From assembly GCF_009914755.1 (NCBI RefSeq), contig NC_060937.1: 64,000 nt of DNA, one strand, 5' to 3'. Positions within the stretch are counted from its first letter, which is position 1, and each line of letters opens with the position of its first letter. The translations under genes and the position numbers were made by a program. The notes beneath the pieces are model-generated. The model worked only from the letters and a program-made list of their open reading frames with translations. It searched no databases and was not told where the DNA came from. Positions 59,679 through 64,000 of this stretch are shown here, one piece after another. This DNA is from the human T2T-CHM13v2.0 reference genome, Homo sapiens.

Positions 59679-60187
59679 TTACTGTTTTCATATCTGCCAT
59701 TTCTAGATCTGTTTCTATAGTTTGATTTTTTTTTTTTTTCTTCTTCTGGGTAATGAGTCATGTTTTCCTGCTTTTTTTTTTTTTTTGACAAAATGCCTGT
59801 CATTTTTAAGTTTGATTCAGAATATTGTGAATTTCACATTATTGGTTGCTGGATTTTGTTGTATTATTTTAAATGTTTTGTTGGACTTTGTTCTGGCATC
59901 CTGTCAAATTAACCTCGAATTATTTGGATCCTTTTGAGGCTTGCTTTTAAGTTTTTGAAAAGACTTTGGTAGAGCAAACTTTAGCCTGGGGCTATTTATT
60001 CATACTACCGCGGTGATACCTGGAGAGATCTGAATCATCCCCCGTATTACAAGGTCATCCTACTCTTGAACAGGTAGCAATACAGAGTACTCCTGGCCAT
60101 GTGTGTTCTTTGGGAATTGTTAGCCTAATGCTTTCTTGTGGTTCTGGGGTTCTTTCTCTGGCCACAGGTGCTTTCTTCTCATGAATG

Positions 60188-60287
60188 CACAGATCAGTTT
60201 TCAGCCAAAATATGTCTGTAGATGTAGTTTTAAGATCACAGATCAGTTTTCAGCCAAAATACGTCGGTAGATGTATTTTTAAGATCA
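60188..60287. repeat. Two-copy tandem duplication, 49-bp period
   Basis: cacagatcagttttcagccaaaata(t/c)gtc(t/g)gtagatgta(g/t)ttttaagat occurs twice. Confidence 0.92.
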
Positions 60288-61225
60288 GAGCTTTTTTGTG
60301 CAGCTCCATCATCATCAGTACTCTGTTTCCCAAATTCTAGCTGCCTTGAAAGACTTGTGTTTCCTCAACTCAGTGAAACTAGTAAGTAGGCTCTGTTAAC
60401 CTCCCCTTCCCCCAGCTACTTCTAGGCCTCAAGCTTTGGCAGCCACAGGACTCACTTGATTTGTTTCCCTTTTGTTAGGTATACAGTTCTGTGCTACCTT
60501 GTGTGTAGAGTTTGAAAACCATTGTTTTTTTGTGTGTGTGTCTAATTTTCTAGTTGTTAAAGGTGGGTGGGAGGTTTAAATCTAATTTCTGTTAGTTGGG
60601 AGTGGAAGTTACCTCTGCTTTAATCTAAATAGTTCCCTAGTTTTTGTTTGTCTTTTATGACTTGACATTTTGAATACCACTTTGGAGAGCATCCCTCAAT
60701 TCGTGTTTGTTTGATAGTTCCTCAAGATTAGATTGAGGTAATGCATTTTTGGCATGAATACCTCATAAGCGGTGTTGTGTCCCTCTTCGTGCACATCAGG
60801 AAGCACATGATGTCTATGTTTTCCATTGTTGTGTGTTAACTTGTTTAAGGGGATGTCTGTCAGGTTTCTCCAGGGTAAAGTTGCTATTTTTCCCTCTGTA
60901 TCTGTTTAAGTTAAGCAAACTTTTCACCCACTATTTTTAGCATCTGTTGTCAATTAGAAAAAAATCCTTAAATTACAAAGTTAGAATAAGTCTGCTAAAA
61001 GAAAAATTGTAAATTAAACAGTAATAGAGAAAAGTAAAACATGATGGTATATACATTTTTAAACCGTTTTTTCTCTGCACAGACAAATCTTGCAATATGA
61101 AGAGATGATTTCCAGGTTTTATTGAATAAATGAATTGTAATTTTTACTTGAAATTATCTTATTTAGTATAATAAATATTACAATATTATGTCATTGTTTG
61201 AGTTTTATTGCCACTTCTTCTAATC

Positions 61226-61640
61226 AAGGTTCTTCACTATTTCAGTGCTTTGGATTCCTTTGGTAATAAGGACAGATTCATTCTCAGAATGTTATTAAAT
61301 GCATAAAATACCTATGATTACAAAGACAACCAATTATATCAAAATACAGTTACCAAAATATTTTTTAAATTTTTGAAATGTGCTGCTTTATTTTAATGTA
61401 TTTAGGAATAAAATCCAGTGGTTAATAACTATAATTTTGAAGTAAAGTTGAATGTAATTGATATATTAAGGGATACTAAGAATGATATAAAAATTGGGAA
61501 TTTTTATTTTTGACAGTCATAGGCCCTATTAAACTAATGAAGTAAGTTTGTTGCCTCCAATCAGAGTGAAAGAGAATGTTAAATTTCAGTTAGAGGTTAG
61601 TAAATATAAAGGTAATTTCTTTACTGTGCGATGTCACAGA
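61226..61640. mobile_element. Charlie4a/MER80-like hAT relic
   Basis: ttctcagaatg...aaatgcataaaata...gattacaaag..aaccaattatat..aaatacagtta..aaaatatt and aaatttcagttagaggttagt. Confidence 0.6.
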
Positions 61641-62184
61641 CTAAAGTTTATATTGTATTTGAATGTGGCTAGGAAAGTAGATAATATGCAGCCTATATCT
61701 TGGGGCGCCATTTCCTAAATTAGATTTGCAGCAGCAGGTACATCAAGCCATTCTTTCTTGATTACCTTCCCATGTGGTCTACTTGATTGGTCCAAATGTA
61801 CCAAATGAAATATACTTCCTATATGTAGAAGGAAAATTTGGGAGAAGTTGTAAAATCGTGACAGTTTTGACATTCACGTGAAATTGGTTAAAATTAAAAT
61901 ATAAGGTACATCTTTTAAATGAGTAGACTGAAAATGAGCCAGTTTGTCATAAACTTACCCATCATATCTACGTTTTACCTTATCCATATCTTGTTTCACT
62001 TGGTTCTATCTCATTCTTTTTCACTGAAATTATACGTAGGCTTATTTTTCCCCATGCCCAAAAAGGGAATATTTTAATTCTGAATTTATTCCACAAAACT
62101 TTACATCACTAAATGTGTGTTTATAGGACGCATATAAATTTGTATGAAATTTAAATATGATTATTTTGATTGCTTACATATAAA

Positions 62185-63780
62185 GCTGAGTAAACATGGC
62201 ATAAAATTATATTTCCCTTTTGGCTAATGTTCTTTCATTAATTGGTTCTTTGAGGCAGCGGTAGCTGTGCAAGTGGCAGTATTGAAATATTCTCAGTGAT
62301 TCTGTCATTCTGATAGTACTTTCTCATTTTCTTTTTCTTCTTCTTTTTTTTTTTTTGGAGGCAGTCTCACTCTGTTGCCCAGGCTGGAGTGTAGTGGCAC
62401 GATCTTGGTTCACTGCAGCCTCTGCCTCCCAGGTTCAAGTGATTCTTGTGCCTCAGCCTCTTGAATAGCTGGGACTACAGGCATGCACCACCACGCCTGG
62501 CTAACTTTTGTATTTTTAGTAGAGACGGGGTTTTGCCATGTTGGCCAGGCTGGTCTCGAACTCCCAACCTCATGATCTGCCCACCTCAGCCTCCCAAAGT
62601 GCTGGGATTACAGGTGTGAGCCACTGCACCCGGCCTTCATTCTCTTTAGATAAAATTATTTGTCTGTATGAAACAGTTGCCTAACTCCATGTTTACTTGA
62701 TGTCTTAAAACTGTTACTAATTATTTAATCATTCTGCCAATAAAATCAGCGTTGGGATCACAAATCCAAGGAATAGACTCACTCGGTCAGTTTGAAGAAT
62801 GTTTCAAATAGAAATCAAATCCATGATTTGATTAGATGGTGGAACTTAATTTATATGAGTAAAAGAATTCTTTGTAGGTGCTGATACATGGAGGCCTTCT
62901 ACAGACACCTAGTGGGAGCTGATTTTTCTGTCTTGCAAACTTGCAACATAGTGGCAGTTGTCCCGAATATTTTATAGCATTACTAATTTGTACTGTAGTT
63001 TCAAGTTTTAAACATTTTATATTCTGTTTCATTGATTTGCTTTGTTTTTGTCCCTTTTCCAGTATAGAAATTTAAGTCATCAAATAGACCTCAGGAAACA
63101 AACAAAAAAAAAAGCAGAGCATTCTCTTCTATTATATTTACACATCATAGTGAGATATAGTATGTTTGCAGCCATTTTTATTTTTTCCTTGTCACCATTC
63201 TTTTGCAGTTGACAAATATTTTTGAAGGAGGACCTATCATTAAAGAATGAGTTCATTTCCACTTTGAAAAGCAAAGTTGAGGGCTTCCTTTAGTTGATAT
63301 TTCAGTAAATGAGGAAGTAGGCAGCGTAAGTGGTTTTAATAAGATGATAATGAACATGCATTCCTGGCACATAAACAGCTATGTTTTCTTATACTTTTTC
63401 TATTCGTTTCAAGCTGAAAGACCTTTTTCTTGATGTTGATTGTATTTTTTTATTTTTACCTTCCATTTATTACCTTCATTTTCTGAAACCCTGTGGTATT
63501 TGTGACATTTTTCCATGCAGTGTATTCATTTCAGTTGTTATTTTTGGCCTGATTGTTATCTATAACACCTATTATTTATGCTATCCATGGAACATTTCGA
63601 AGCCTTCTTATATTTTCATATTGTATAGATGCTCGTGGGTATGAAGACGGATTTAATTGCAACATGAGGTGGAAAATGGATACAATTATTTTGCAACGTG
63701 ATTTGTGATATTTGATTTAACTTGACTATGACAGAGTTCTGCAACCACTCAGAGGATCAAAACAACTTGCACTTGAAGGC
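62185..63780 (-). mobile_element. Highly decayed non-LTR reverse-transcriptase relic, probably R4/Dong clade (Mam_R4-like), interrupted by an Alu (about 62330-62635)
   Basis: Manual minus-strand translation gives RT-like motifs in the correct order across frameshifts (see findings). Not searched. Confidence 0.5.
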
Positions 63781-63804
63781 TAGCCTTTCGTTTTTATTTC
63801 TACC

Positions 63805-64000
63805 TTTTTTTTCTTTTTGTGGAAGATGGGGTCTTGCTGTGTTGCCCAGGCTGTTCTTGAACTCCTGGGCTCAAGCAGTTCTCTACAAAAAAAATACACC
63901 CCCACCAAAAAAAATAGCCAGGCAATTGCTTGAACCCAGGCTGGTCTCAAACTCCTGGGCTCAAGCATTCCACCTCCCTAGGCTTCCCGGTGTGCTGGGT
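63805..64000 (-). mobile_element. Rearranged Alu/FLAM at the window edge
   Basis: Reverse Alu left arm with a duplicated segment and sense-oriented Alu pieces in between. Confidence 0.75.

Noticed and set aside
62740-63300. Alternative readings as a GPCR pseudogene (FLGFVIP) or a gypsy/GIN1 integrase (GPPSKIF, PTKN)
   Set aside because: These are isolated short resemblances. The ordered RT-motif series explains more of the region, although that reading also needs a search.

Overview
This is AT-rich, repeat-dense primate (very likely human) genomic DNA. It lies inside the + strand gene ZMYM2 (ZNF198/FIM), which I identified from recall of the protein rather than by database search. Five coding exons join through GT-AG sites into a continuous 528-codon N-terminal frame: 31464/31474-32320, 41255-41540, 43479-43644, 44775-44987 and 57949-58020. 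That frame encodes acidic SIM-like motifs and four MYM-type zinc fingers. The promoter, the 5' non-coding exons and the 3' part of the gene lie outside the window. The rest is intron, filled with about 60 Alus, old L1/L2/MIR/MLT fragments, a near full-length Tigger1, MER30, MER44, Tigger4a, Charlie4-like and MADE1 DNA-transposon relics, and a young ~100-bp L1PA2-type insertion. Repeat boundaries and subfamily names were assigned by eye and are approximate. I see no evidence of a wholly new biological system. The best leads are an in-frame 261-nt exitron in the first coding exon, a 72-nt exon that starts with a 5' splice site (recursive-splicing candidate) and also has a read-through/polyadenylation route, a 67-bp fold-back inverted duplication, a locally templated 70-bp copy, and a decayed R4/Dong-like reverse-transcriptase relic.
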